The notes beneath the pieces are model-generated. The model did no database searches. It saw nothing but the letters and a program-made list of their open reading frames with translations, and was not told where the DNA came from. A stretch of DNA of 64,000 nt, taken from NCBI GenBank assembly GCA_016718135.1, contig JADKEF010000002.1, positions 3,536 to 67,535 on the forward strand, written 5' to 3'. Shown here one piece after another: positions 1-9,958 of the stretch. Origin of the DNA: Acidobacteriota bacterium (lineage in GTDB: Bacteria > Acidobacteriota > Blastocatellia > Pyrinomonadales > Pyrinomonadaceae). How positions within the stretch are numbered: the first letter of the stretch is position 1; each line of letters opens with the position of its first letter. The position numbers and the translations under genes were made by a program.

Positions 1-1
1 A

Positions 2-1564
2 ATGATCTCGTTAGTTGTGGGCTCGGCAGGTCCTGCATTCGGACAGCAGGTAACTTACGACCTGATAATTGGCAATGCCCGGATCGTTGACGGTACGGGA
101 AACCCGTGGTTTCGTGGTTCGATCGCGATCAAAGATGGACGCATCGCGAAGATCGGACGATTCGACAAGGCGGGTTCCAAGTTTTACATCGACGCCAAGA
201 ACCAAATCGTCGCTCCCGGCTTTATCGACGTGCACGCTCATACCGAAGATATCTACAGCAACCCGAAGGCTGAGAATTTCATTCGTATGGGCGTCACCTC
301 ACTTGTGACCGGTAATTGCGGCGGTTCCAGTCTCGACATTGGTAATTTTCTCGGCCAGATAGATAAAACACCGCTGGCAGTGAACATCTCGTCGCTCATT
401 GGCCACAATACTGTCCGAACTAAGGTCCTTGGGCTTGAGAACAAAACGCCGACTGCCGACGAGCAAACGCAGATGAATGCTCTTGTCGAAAAAGCTATGA
501 GGGACGGAGCGGTCGGCCTGGCTACTGGTTTGATCTATCTACCGGGCACATTTGCCAAAACCGATGAGGTCGTCGAACTCGCCAAAGCCGCGTCGAAACA
601 CGGCGGCATCTACGCAAGTCACATCCGCGACGAAGGCAACGATGTCGAAAAGGCAATTTCCGAGGCGATAAACATCGGCGAACAGGCGAATATGCCGGTC
701 GAGATCTCTCATTTCAAGATTGCGAGCCGTGCTCTCTGGGGCCAGACCGCAAAAACGATAGGCCTCGTCGAGGCCGCACGCAAGCGAGGCCTGACGGTCA
801 CCGTCGACCAATATGCCTACCCCGCATCATCAACCTCGCTTGATTCGCGTTTGCCAAGCTGGGCGATCGCCGGCGGCCGCGAAGAGGGCAAGAAGCGCAT
901 GGCCGATCCGGCAACGCGAAAAAAGGTCGCCGATGAGGTCAAAGAAGATCTGAAGAAGAAGAAGTTCAAGGATCTGAGCTACGCTTACGTCGCGAGCTAC
1001 CGCACAAATCCTGAATTCAACGGCAAGAACATCAAAGAGATCGCAAAGATCGCCAAAGGAAAAGACAGCCTCGATGCACAGATCGAACAATTCATCGAGA
1101 TCTATGAAAAAGGCGGAGCACAGATGGTCTATCAGGCGATGGACGAGCCGGACGTGCAAAGCATTATGCGGCAACCGTTTACGATGATCGCATCGGACAG
1201 CGGCGTGCGGCCCTTCGGCACTGGCGTACCGCATCCGCGTGGCTACGGGAACAATGCCCGCGTACTCGGTCGTTACGTTCGGGAACTCAAGATCATTACC
1301 CTAGAGGATGCGATCCGCAAGATGACCTCGCTCCCGGCTCAGACGTTTGGATTCAAGGATCGCGGCCTGATCCGCGAGGGATTCGCCGCCGATCTCGTTA
1401 TCTTCGATGAAAATACGGTTGGCGACAAAGCGACTTTTGTCCAACCGCATCAGTATGCTGAGGGATTCTCAGCGGTGATCGTAAATGGCGAGGTCGTTTT
1501 CAATGGCAAGCAAATGACAGGCACAATGCCGGGTCGCGCGATATTCGGGCCGGGCAAGAACTAG
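2..1564 (+). CDS. N-acyl-D-amino-acid deacylase (D-aminoacylase) family amidohydrolase, probably 5'-truncated by the window edge
   Basis: 520-aa ORF. Motifs FIDVHAHTE (HxH metal site), VTGNCGGS and SDSG..HPRGYGNNARVLGRYVRE are typical of D-aminoacylases. The first residues look like the tail of a signal peptide. Confidence 0.8.
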   Translation: MISLVVGSAGPAFGQQVTYDLIIGNARIVDGTGNPWFRGSIAIKDGRIAKIGRFDKAGSKFYIDAKNQIVAPGFIDVHAHTEDIYSNPKAENFIRMGVTSLVTGNCGGSSLDIGNFLGQIDKTPLAVNISSLIGHNTVRTKVLGLENKTPTADEQTQMNALVEKAMRDGAVGLATGLIYLPGTFAKTDEVVELAKAASKHGGIYASHIRDEGNDVEKAISEAINIGEQANMPVEISHFKIASRALWGQTAKTIGLVEAARKRGLTVTVDQYAYPASSTSLDSRLPSWAIAGGREEGKKRMADPATRKKVADEVKEDLKKKKFKDLSYAYVASYRTNPEFNGKNIKEIAKIAKGKDSLDAQIEQFIEIYEKGGAQMVYQAMDEPDVQSIMRQPFTMIASDSGVRPFGTGVPHPRGYGNNARVLGRYVRELKIITLEDAIRKMTSLPAQTFGFKDRGLIREGFAADLVIFDENTVGDKATFVQPHQYAEGFSAVIVNGEVVFNGKQMTGTMPGRAIFGPGKN

Positions 1565-2082
1565 TTGTTCGCTGCCTTGATCGCTACCACCTTCCAGCGA
1601 ATATTCGCACGGTCGTCATCCTTGTTGAAGCCGTCAAACGTGAGTGTGATCGGTATCGTATCGCCGGGTCCAAGAGTTGATTCCTGCACCGGGACAACCA
1701 GCACATTTCGCGTTCGAAGAACCTCGTTGAACTGCGTAACGACCGACACACTCACCTCCAGAACATCTACCGTCCGCTTGCCTTTATTACGGATATTTCC
1801 GTGGATGAACATCGAGATCTTGCCCGTCGCCATAGGCGACTGAACCGTCTTGTCGTCGGTCGAGATTATTATGTCCTTGTTTAACTCCGCGTACTCGGGC
1901 GAACCTTCACGAAATGCCCCCTCAAGCATCTTCGCCGTCTGCACCTCTATCGGCGGGGTGAGCGAAAGAAACCAGATAACGGCACCGATCGCAACAGCTC
2001 CGATCAGGATAGCCGCGATAAACACCATATTGACGCCGCTCTTCTTTTCCTTTGGTTTGAATATATCGTCCATTGTTCTCAT
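1561..2082 (-). CDS. hypothetical membrane-anchored protein
   Basis: 173-aa ORF with one N-terminal TM helix (VNMVFIAAILIGAVAIGAVIWFL) followed by a beta-rich domain. No recognisable family. Confidence 0.5.
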   Translation of the reverse strand: MRTMDDIFKPKEKKSGVNMVFIAAILIGAVAIGAVIWFLSLTPPIEVQTAKMLEGAFREGSPEYAELNKDIIISTDDKTVQSPMATGKISMFIHGNIRNKGKRTVDVLEVSVSVVTQFNEVLRTRNVLVVPVQESTLGPGDTIPITLTFDGFNKDDDRANIRWKVVAIKAANN

Positions 2083-2138
2083 ATCTTATCTCAGATCAGC
2101 GACGAAATCATGCGCGTCGCGTTTCATTCATAATACCA

Positions 2139-2167
2139 TTGACTTTTGATGCAACATTTGCTAATAT
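2139..2167 (+). promoter_or_regulatory. sigma70-like promoter candidate (TTGACT-17 nt-TAATAT)
   Basis: -35 TTGACT at 2139-2144, exact 17-nt spacer, -10 TAATAT at 2162-2167, in an AT-rich intergenic region about 280 nt upstream of priA. Confidence 0.3.
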
Positions 2168-2444
2168 TTCTCACAATTGATCGTGCGTTATTTTGCCAAC
2201 TGTTTTTTGACAATAACTCCTTGCAATACAGGTATTTACAAGAAAAATCGGTCCACTTTGTGTACTCGCTCACAGAAAAAACACGGAAATTCGCGTAAAC
2301 CTAATATTTGCAACAATAAAACCGTGCCATTTTTAAGAAGTGGAACGATTTTTGGCACGATCCCGCAAAGCCCCCAAACCGTTTAGACACCGCCTTTCGC
2401 CAATAGGTTCCAAAGCGGTATCATTTGATTCAAACACCGCGATA

Positions 2445-4727
2445 ATGCCGTCATCCGAGCCTCAAAAATCCAAGCCAGCCGCCTACGTCGAGGTTGTCCT
2501 GCCGGTGCCGCTCAGGCGTGCGTTCACCTATCGCGTGCCACAGGCTATGCAGGGCGCGATCAAGACGGGTGCTCGACTGACGCTGCCATTTGGCAGACGA
2601 AATCTGACCGGCTATGCAGTGGAACTGCACGAAGAATTGCCCGCAGCAATCGAGATCGACGAATCAAAGCTAAAAGACGTCATCGAAGTCCTCGACGAAG
2701 AACCGCTCATCACGCCCGAGATCCTAAAGCTGACCCAATGGACCGCCGATTACTACGCCAGTTTCTGGGGCGAAATGCTCAAGGCTTCCCTTCCGGCCGG
2801 CCTTAACAACGACAAGGTAAAGCCAAAGCGTCGAAAAGCCGTCCGGCTTGTCGACCGCGGCGCAGAAGCACTCGATTCTTCCGACCAAAAGACCCAACCG
2901 CTTACGCGCGACCATCAAAAGATCGTCGATCTGCTCAAAGCAAACAAAGGCGAAATGCTTTTCACCGATGTTTTAGAACAGGCTGATGTCGGAGCTTCGC
3001 CGCTAAACACGCTCGCTAAACGCGGCATTGTCGAGATCTTTGTCGATGACGTGATGCGCGATCCTCTGGCGAAAGCTACGTTGCCGGACAAGGACGATTT
3101 CGAGCTCACGGCCGAACAACAGACGGCTCTCGACGCGATAACTACCGCCGTCGCCGACAGCGATCAGTTCAAAGCGTTTCTCCTGCACGGCGTGACCGGC
3201 AGCGGCAAGACAGAGGTTTATATTCGAGCGATGCGATTCGCTCTTGACCAAGGCCGTTCAGCGATGATGCTTGTTCCGGAGATCGCCCTGACGCCTGTCT
3301 TTTCTCGACGATTAAGAGCTGTGTTCGGATCAGAGGTTGCGATCCTACACTCAAATCTCTCTGCCGGTGAACGCTTTGACGAGTGGCGTCGCATCCGTCG
3401 CGGTGACGCTCGGATCGCGATCGGCACCCGCTCGGCGGTTTTTGCTCCGCTTGAGAATATTGGACTATTGATAGTTGATGAGGAACACGATCCGTCGTAC
3501 CGGCAACACGAATCGCCGTTCTACAATGCCCGAGACGTTGCCGTTATGCGAGCAAGTCTCGCCGGAGCCATCGTTGTTCTCGGCTCAGCAACGCCCGCGA
3601 TGGAGTCGTTCTATAATGCTCAGAGCGGCAAGTACACCTACCTCACCCTTCCCGACCGCATCGGCGGTCGCGGCCTTGCGACAGCCGAGCTGATCGATAT
3701 GCGTGAGGTGTTCAAACTCGCCGGGAAAGACGTTGCGATCGCACCCCAATTGATCGCGGCGATCCGCGAGACTCATTCACGCGGCGAGCAGACAATCATC
3801 CTTCTCAACCGTCGCGGCTTCTCGCAATTCGTCCTTTGCCGAACCTGCGGCGAGACGATCAAGTGCAAGAACTGCGACATTACGCTGACGTTTCACCGTG
3901 GGAATAATCAGTTGGTCTGCCACTATTGCAATTACCGCGAGCCGTCGCCAAAGGTATGTCCGAAATGCGAAAGCGAGTTCCTCTACTTCGTCGGCGAAGG
4001 CACTGAAAACATCGCCGACCAGCTAACAAAAAAATTCCCCGACCTCCGCATCGCCCGAGTCGACCGCGACACGATGGCTCACAAAGGCGAGCTCGATAAG
4101 ATCTTGCTTGAATTCGCAGCTGGAAAGCTTGATATGTTGGTTGGAACGCAGATGATCTCAAAAGGGCATGATTTTCCAAATGTCACACTTGTCGGTGTGT
4201 TGGGAATCGACATCGGACTCGGCTTGCCTGATATGAGATCGGCGGAACGTACGTTTCAACTTCTAACGCAGGTAGCGGGACGCTCAGGTCGCGGCAAAAA
4301 AGCGGGAAAGGTGTTGATACAGACCTATTACCCAGAGCATTACGCTTTGCGGCACGCCAAGGAACAGGATTACGATGCCTTTTATCGCGAAGAGATCCGC
4401 TTTCGCGAACGAATGGCATATCCGCCGTTTTACGTACTCGCGAGCGTCATGATCAAGCACCGCGATCATACCGAGGCTTTCAAGAATGCAAATATTCTGC
4501 GCCGATCCCTCGATGCGGCGAATCCGCTGAAACATGCACGCATTCTTGGCCCCGCACCTGCGTCGATCGCACGATTGAAGAATGAGTTTCGCGTGCAGAT
4601 AATTCTAAAGGCCACAACACGTCGAGGCCTTCGCGAGACCCTGGCGATCGCCATCTCTGAAGCAGAAGAAAACGGCTGCGATATGCGAGCCGTTTTCGTA
4701 GAGATCGATCCAGTTAACTTGATGTGA
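2445..4727 (+). CDS. priA: primosomal protein N' (replication restart helicase PriA)
   Basis: N-terminal VEVVLPVP..FTYRVP, Walker A GVTGSGKT, DEEH box, and a Cys-rich zinc region (CRTCGE..CKNCD..CHYC..CPKC). The ATG at 2445 is preferred over the upstream GTG of the ORF track. Confidence 0.9.
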   Translation: MPSSEPQKSKPAAYVEVVLPVPLRRAFTYRVPQAMQGAIKTGARLTLPFGRRNLTGYAVELHEELPAAIEIDESKLKDVIEVLDEEPLITPEILKLTQWTADYYASFWGEMLKASLPAGLNNDKVKPKRRKAVRLVDRGAEALDSSDQKTQPLTRDHQKIVDLLKANKGEMLFTDVLEQADVGASPLNTLAKRGIVEIFVDDVMRDPLAKATLPDKDDFELTAEQQTALDAITTAVADSDQFKAFLLHGVTGSGKTEVYIRAMRFALDQGRSAMMLVPEIALTPVFSRRLRAVFGSEVAILHSNLSAGERFDEWRRIRRGDARIAIGTRSAVFAPLENIGLLIVDEEHDPSYRQHESPFYNARDVAVMRASLAGAIVVLGSATPAMESFYNAQSGKYTYLTLPDRIGGRGLATAELIDMREVFKLAGKDVAIAPQLIAAIRETHSRGEQTIILLNRRGFSQFVLCRTCGETIKCKNCDITLTFHRGNNQLVCHYCNYREPSPKVCPKCESEFLYFVGEGTENIADQLTKKFPDLRIARVDRDTMAHKGELDKILLEFAAGKLDMLVGTQMISKGHDFPNVTLVGVLGIDIGLGLPDMRSAERTFQLLTQVAGRSGRGKKAGKVLIQTYYPEHYALRHAKEQDYDAFYREEIRFRERMAYPPFYVLASVMIKHRDHTEAFKNANILRRSLDAANPLKHARILGPAPASIARLKNEFRVQIILKATTRRGLRETLAIAISEAEENGCDMRAVFVEIDPVNLM

Positions 4728-4833
4728 TTCGACCGTTTCACTACTTCGGCTGTGCCGTCTCGCAGTGCGGAAAGGCAATGCCTTTCCATTACGGTCCAAA
4801 ACAGGTTTTCGAGGCTATGCCTCGCTTTGACAA

Positions 4834-5445
4834 TTAGTTGATCGCTTTTGAGCTCATTTCAGCAGGCTTGACCTTGAGATGAGCGTAGATCTCGGAGAGC
4901 GAGACCTTGACGCCGGCTGAGTCGAGCGAGATGACATCGTCGCGTTCGTCGTAGATGCGATAGAGCCACTGCTTGGCATTCTGCCTAGCGTAATGCTCGA
5001 TTCGCATCTCGTCGGCTCTGACGAACAGGCACTCTTTGATGCTGGCGATCGCAAGATAGCTTTCGAGTTTGCGAGTCTTGTCGTACGGATTGGTCGAACC
5101 GGAAAAGATCTCGACAGCGATCGTCGGATTGGTGAGAACGTCTTCTTGGGAATCGGTAAACGCCGGATTGCCGTTGACGATTACGACGTCAGGATAGCAG
5201 ACAAGCTTTGCACTGAGCTGCACCATCATTCCGTTTACGTAGATCTCCGATTTGCCATTCTGATTGCGGCTACCGACGGCGAGAGCTACATTTGTGGCAA
5301 TTAAGTTGTGACGGCGATTCGCGGCGGGCTTGGACGACAGTCGGCCTTCGACGAGTTCCTGACGAACGGAGCCGAGGCGTTCTGATTTTATGTAATCGTC
5401 GGATGTGGTCGTGCGTGCTGTTTGATTTAAAGCTGTTTCGTTCAT
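4834..5445 (-). CDS. Uma2-family (DUF820) putative endonuclease
   Basis: About 203 aa from the ATG at 5445. Pattern HN..ATN..........YPDVVIV......D...NPT.AVEI.S.ST...D...K...Y is typical of the Uma2 family. Confidence 0.7.
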   Translation of the reverse strand: MNETALNQTARTTTSDDYIKSERLGSVRQELVEGRLSSKPAANRRHNLIATNVALAVGSRNQNGKSEIYVNGMMVQLSAKLVCYPDVVIVNGNPAFTDSQEDVLTNPTIAVEIFSGSTNPYDKTRKLESYLAIASIKECLFVRADEMRIEHYARQNAKQWLYRIYDERDDVISLDSAGVKVSLSEIYAHLKVKPAEMSSKAIN

Positions 5446-5583
5446 GTTGGGCGATAACTCCTTGTAAATAAAGCAATAAGGGGTCGGGGAAGCGGATACC
5501 AAAGCCGGGGAACTTTGTAACAACAAATTTGTTTGCTAAAACTAGTGTGACATAGCGCTGCTATTATTTTCAAGGACATTCTA

Positions 5584-6615
5584 ATGAAGCTTTCCGAACT
5601 CGCCGAAATAACGTCATCTACCATCGCCCAAGGCTCCGCCGACCTCGAAATAACATCGACCGCCGGGCTCGACCTAGCGGGAGTAGGCGATGTGACGTTT
5701 TTAGCGAATCCTAAATACACGCCACAGATCGCCGAAACGAAAGCGACCGCCATTTTTCTGAACGAGGGCGTTGAGATCGAGCGAGATGACATCGCAATAT
5801 TACGAGCGAAAGATGCTTATGTTGCCTACACGCTGGCAATGCGAGCGTTCTTTCCGGAGCCAGAGCTGAGAGCATTTGTGCATCCGTCAGCGGTTATCGA
5901 TCCGACGGCGACTGTTTCTGAGAGTGTCGAGATCCACGCAAACGCAGTTATCGGTGCAAGCTGCACGGTCTCAAACGGCGTAAGGATCATGCCGAATGTC
6001 ACGCTTTATAATGGAGTAACTGTTGGCGAAGGCAGCACGATCCACTCCGGGGTATCAGTCCGCGAGAACTGCGAAATCGGTCGCAACTGTATTATTCACA
6101 ACAATTCCACGATCGGCTCAGACGGTTTTGGCTACGCCAAAAACGAAGATAAAAGCTGGCTAAAGATACCGCAGACCGGACGGGTCGTCCTAGAAGACGA
6201 TGTCGAGATCGGTGCAAATACGGCGATCGACTGTGCCTCGGTCGGCGAAACCCGTATCAAACGCGGGGCCAAGATCGACAACCTCGTCCAGATCGGCCAC
6301 TCGTGCACCATCGACGAAGACGCCCTGATCTGTTCCCAAACCGGCCTCGCCGGCAGTTCGTACATCGGCAAACGCGTCATCCTTACTGGCCAGGTCGGCA
6401 TTGCAGGGCACCTGAAAGTGGGCGACGACGCGATAATCACTGCCAAATCAGCAACATCGCACGATGTAGAACCTGGCAAAGTTATCTCCGGCATTCCGGC
6501 GTTCGACAACCGTGAATGGCTGCGTTCGGCTGCGGCGTTTAGAAAACTCGGAGAATTTGCCTCGCGACTGCGAAAACTTGAAAAGCAGGTTTTCAGGGGA
6601 GAACCACCTGCGTAA
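5584..6615 (+). CDS. lpxD: UDP-3-O-acylglucosamine N-acyltransferase
   Basis: 343 aa with an N-terminal LpxD domain followed by long left-handed hexapeptide repeats (IG.N..I...V.IG). Confidence 0.9.
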   Translation: MKLSELAEITSSTIAQGSADLEITSTAGLDLAGVGDVTFLANPKYTPQIAETKATAIFLNEGVEIERDDIAILRAKDAYVAYTLAMRAFFPEPELRAFVHPSAVIDPTATVSESVEIHANAVIGASCTVSNGVRIMPNVTLYNGVTVGEGSTIHSGVSVRENCEIGRNCIIHNNSTIGSDGFGYAKNEDKSWLKIPQTGRVVLEDDVEIGANTAIDCASVGETRIKRGAKIDNLVQIGHSCTIDEDALICSQTGLAGSSYIGKRVILTGQVGIAGHLKVGDDAIITAKSATSHDVEPGKVISGIPAFDNREWLRSAAAFRKLGEFASRLRKLEKQVFRGEPPA

Positions 6616-6624
6616 GCGGGTGGT
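6597..6624. repeat. 28-nt repeat GGGAGAACCACCTGCGTAAGCGGGTGGT (hairpin), copy A
   Basis: Identical 28-mer recurs at 36669-36696. It forms the hairpin CCACCTGC-GTAA-GCGGGTGG, and the lpxD stop codon TAA lies in the loop. Confidence 0.85.
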
Positions 6625-6646
6625 TGAACTCACCAAACCAAAGATT

Positions 6647-7102
6647 ATGAGTGAAAAAGAACTTTCAGACAGTGGCTACGACATCACACCATTAACCGAA
6701 GAGGCGATCGAACGCCTCGCTCAGGATCTCAATGAAGAGGAATATCGCATCCTTCTCGACCACGGCACCGAGCCCGCATTCTGCGGCACACTTCTCGACA
6801 ACAAACTCGAAGGCGTTTACGCGTGCCGGCTCTGCGGCCTACCGCTCTTCGATTCAAAAAAGAAATTTAACTCCGGCACCGGCTGGCCGTCATTCTACGC
6901 CCCGTTCGACAAAGACCATTTGACGAATATCGAGGACAACAGCTACGGCATGCGCCGCGTTGAGATCAGATGTGCACGATGCGGCGGACACCAAGGCCAC
7001 GTCTTCCCCGACGGTCCACCTCCGACTGGACAGCGATATTGTTTGAATTCTGCTTCGCTTGAGTTTTTCGAAGAGGGTGCGGAAATACCGCAGAAGTCGT
7101 AA
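6647..7102 (+). CDS. msrB: peptide-methionine (R)-S-oxide reductase
   Basis: Two CxxC pairs (CRLCG, CARCG) and GHVF..GP.PTGQRYCLNS, the MsrB/SelR signature. Start taken at the ATG at 6647. Confidence 0.9.
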   Translation: MSEKELSDSGYDITPLTEEAIERLAQDLNEEEYRILLDHGTEPAFCGTLLDNKLEGVYACRLCGLPLFDSKKKFNSGTGWPSFYAPFDKDHLTNIEDNSYGMRRVEIRCARCGGHQGHVFPDGPPPTGQRYCLNSASLEFFEEGAEIPQKS

Positions 7103-7105
7103 AGT

Positions 7106-7139
7106 AAAAAGCCGATCGAACAAGATCGATCAGCTTTTT
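7106..7139. terminator. bidirectional hairpin terminator candidate between convergent msrB and amidohydrolase genes
   Basis: AAAAAGCCGATCG..GATCGATCAGCTTTTT imperfect stem flanked by A and T runs. Confidence 0.4.
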
Positions 7140-7170
7140 CACTTTTACCATTTTTTACTTTTGACCTTTG

Positions 7171-8547
7171 TCACTTCCGATCTTTGAAACTATCAAACAG
7201 ATCAGTGTGCCTGCTTGTCAGCGGAACCAGACGTCCGTTGATGAAAAGGTACTTGATGTTTGTTCGTGCGTCGAGCATATCGCCGTCGGCAACAACAACG
7301 TTTGCCATCTTGCCGACTTCGATAGAACCAAGACGGTCTGAAATGCCGAGGATCTGGGCAGGATATAGCGTGACCGATTTGAGAGCTTCTTCTTTACCGA
7401 GACCGTAGGCTCCGGCGATTCCGGCTTGGTACGGCAGATCGCGAACTTCGCCGCCACCTTCGCCGGTCGAGATCGCGAATTTGACTCCGGCTTTCTGCAT
7501 CAAGGAAGGAGCCTCGTAAAGGTAATCGTACGGATCGTCTTGCTGAACCGGAAGGCTGTAGATGTTTGTGTAGATGACTCCGATGTTGTTCGCTTTAAGA
7601 ACATCCGCCGCTTTCCACGCTTCCTGGCCGCCGACGATGACGCCTTTGACCTTCATTTCGGCAACGAACTTCGCGATCGCACGAATATCTCGTTCACGCT
7701 CCGAAGTAAAATGGATCGGCTTTAGACCGCGAACATACGGGATCATCGCCTCGTATCGGAGCGACGTTGTCGGCGTCGGCATACTCTTGTCCTTTGCATA
7801 GGCCTCGACCGATCTAGCATATGCCTCGACCTCGCGGAACAACTTTTTCAGATCATCAACGGCGGTGTCACGGCGACGAACGAGTTCGTTGAAATCAACG
7901 CCTCCACCACCGCCACCGCCGCCAAATCCGCCGCCACCACCAAATCCTCCGCCGCCTGTGACGCGGGGAAAATTGATGACGAGGCCATGAACAGCGACGA
8001 CAGCCATGTCAGCCTGAGTAGAGCCATTCAGGTTGATAACGGTGCTTTGGCCAGCAATGATGCCGCCAGTCGGCTCAGAGACGACTGTCGTGATGCCGTT
8101 AACGCGGGTCACATTCACATGCGACGAGTGGGGATTGACACCCGTGATCGCCTTGGCGTTGGCGTTCATGGTACCGACTTCCTGAACATCGACAGTCGCA
8201 TTTGCCCCCTGGCCGATCTCAACAAGGCCAAGATTGGTCGACGCGTCGATCATACCTGGAAAAACTGAAAGGCCTTTACCGTCAATACGCTCAGCACCCG
8301 ACGGTACAGCGGCACCCGCACCGACGGCGGTGATCTTGCCGTTCTGGATGACAACGGTTCCGTTCTCGATCACAGCCCCCGAAACTGTTACGATGCGGGC
8401 TCCGACGATCGCGAAAGTACCACCACGACCGGTCTTATTCTGCTGCGAGCCATCACTCTGAGCAACGATAGAAAGAACCGAAACCAACGTCGCTGCAATA
8501 GCGAGTACTAGCAATTTTGCATTTTGCATTTTCAATTTTGAAATCAT
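7171..8547 (-). CDS. secreted amidohydrolase-family protein with poly-Gly insert
   Basis: 458 aa with a signal peptide and an amidohydrolase fold pattern (GAR..T..G..I.NGTV.I..GKI..VG; C-terminal G.I..G..A..V). Contains the insert [19 protein letters not shown]. Its start overlaps the stop of the upstream gene (TAATG). Confidence 0.8.
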   Translation of the reverse strand: MISKLKMQNAKLLVLAIAATLVSVLSIVAQSDGSQQNKTGRGGTFAIVGARIVTVSGAVIENGTVVIQNGKITAVGAGAAVPSGAERIDGKGLSVFPGMIDASTNLGLVEIGQGANATVDVQEVGTMNANAKAITGVNPHSSHVNVTRVNGITTVVSEPTGGIIAGQSTVINLNGSTQADMAVVAVHGLVINFPRVTGGGGFGGGGGFGGGGGGGGVDFNELVRRRDTAVDDLKKLFREVEAYARSVEAYAKDKSMPTPTTSLRYEAMIPYVRGLKPIHFTSERERDIRAIAKFVAEMKVKGVIVGGQEAWKAADVLKANNIGVIYTNIYSLPVQQDDPYDYLYEAPSLMQKAGVKFAISTGEGGGEVRDLPYQAGIAGAYGLGKEEALKSVTLYPAQILGISDRLGSIEVGKMANVVVADGDMLDARTNIKYLFINGRLVPLTSRHTDLFDSFKDRK

Positions 8548-9944
8548 TATCGGTTACCTCCGTCGCGATCTGCGTCGTCGAGGTCACCGCGAAGACGTTC
8601 TGTCGGCACACGCGGCGGAGCACCGCCAGTTCCCGGTGCACGATTCATGTCGAGTTTCTCCAGCGTCTCGCGTTCTTTGGCGAGATCGGTTCGCATAGAT
8701 CTGTCTTTGGCACGGTCAAAGTAAACTTCACCCTCGATGATCGTCACATCGGCCGTAGCATAGACGCTGAATGGATGAGCTGACCAGATGACCAGATCAC
8801 CATCCTTGCCAACCTCTATCGACCCGGTGCGTTTCTCAATACCGAGTTGCATAGCCGGATTGATGGTTATCATCTTGAGAGCGTCCTGCTCGGGTACCCC
8901 GCCGTATTTCATCATCTTGGCGGCATCGATATTTAGACGTCTCATGCGTTCATTCGAGTCGGAGTTGATCGATACATTTACGCCGTTCTTCCAGAGAATA
9001 TAACCGGTATATGGGATGGAGTCATACGCCTCGAGCTTATAGCTCCAGCTATCGGCGAAGATCGATACGCCTGCACCGTGTTTCGCGATCTCAGGGGCGA
9101 TCTTGTACGCCTCAAGCCCGTGCTGAAGTGTACCGATCTTAAAACCAAATTCTTCGGCCATTCTGAGTAGATTCAGATGCTCGTCCGAACGGTAACCATG
9201 AGCATGAACTCGTCGCTTCCCTTCGAGAATCTCAACAAGAGGCTCAAGTTCCTCGTCCTTTCGAGGTTGGGTTCGCGTCTTCTTCGCCCGAAAATCATCC
9301 CAGGACTGTTTGTATTCACGAGCCCGAATAAAGGCATCGCGAATCACTTCCATCGTTCCCATACGGGTTCTAGGATAGCGAAACGTCTGCCCAGGCTGCG
9401 GTGAACGACTAGATTGTTTTACATTCTCGCCAAGAGCGAACTTGATACCCAGCGGAGCACCTTCAACCGGAAATTCCTCGACTGGTCGGCCATATTTGTA
9501 TTTCACCGTCGTACTCTGCCCACCGATCGGATTTGCCGAGCCGTGCAGCAAAAGCGACGCCGTAACACCACCAGCTAGGGCACGATAGATTGCCACGTCC
9601 TGCGGCAGAAGCATATCGCGAGTTCGCGTCATCGATGTGACAGCCAGCGAGCCTTCGTTAATTGCGCTTAGCATGGTGTGCGAGTGAGCATCGATGATGC
9701 CCGGCGTAACAAATTTACCGGTCGCGTCGATCGTTTTCACTCCGGCACCGGCTGTCAGGCCCTTGCCGATCCGCACGATCTTGCCGTTCTGGACGAGGAT
9801 GTCCGTTGCTTGCAACGTACCCGCCGTGGCCGTCATTACTGTCGCATTCTTAATGAGCAGGTCGCCTTTCGATTGTCCGAAGACGAGCGAAGGCGAGATC
9901 ACTAGAAGCGAAATGATAGTAAGAAAAACTGTCGTTCTTCGCAT
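8547..9944 (-). CDS. secreted amidohydrolase-family protein
   Basis: 465 aa with a signal peptide. Motifs GIIDAHSH (HxH metal site), HG and HA.G, and C-terminal GSIEVGKDGDLVIW. Confidence 0.85.
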   Translation of the reverse strand: MRRTTVFLTIISLLVISPSLVFGQSKGDLLIKNATVMTATAGTLQATDILVQNGKIVRIGKGLTAGAGVKTIDATGKFVTPGIIDAHSHTMLSAINEGSLAVTSMTRTRDMLLPQDVAIYRALAGGVTASLLLHGSANPIGGQSTTVKYKYGRPVEEFPVEGAPLGIKFALGENVKQSSRSPQPGQTFRYPRTRMGTMEVIRDAFIRAREYKQSWDDFRAKKTRTQPRKDEELEPLVEILEGKRRVHAHGYRSDEHLNLLRMAEEFGFKIGTLQHGLEAYKIAPEIAKHGAGVSIFADSWSYKLEAYDSIPYTGYILWKNGVNVSINSDSNERMRRLNIDAAKMMKYGGVPEQDALKMITINPAMQLGIEKRTGSIEVGKDGDLVIWSAHPFSVYATADVTIIEGEVYFDRAKDRSMRTDLAKERETLEKLDMNRAPGTGGAPPRVPTERLRGDLDDADRDGGNR

Positions 9945-9958
9945 AACTTTTTTATTTC

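Noticed and set aside
4834-5445. Uma2-family nuclease as part of a restriction or defence island
   Set aside because: It is a single gene wedged between priA and lpxD, with no methylase, ATPase or toxin partner and no mobility genes. Uma2 genes are commonly solitary.
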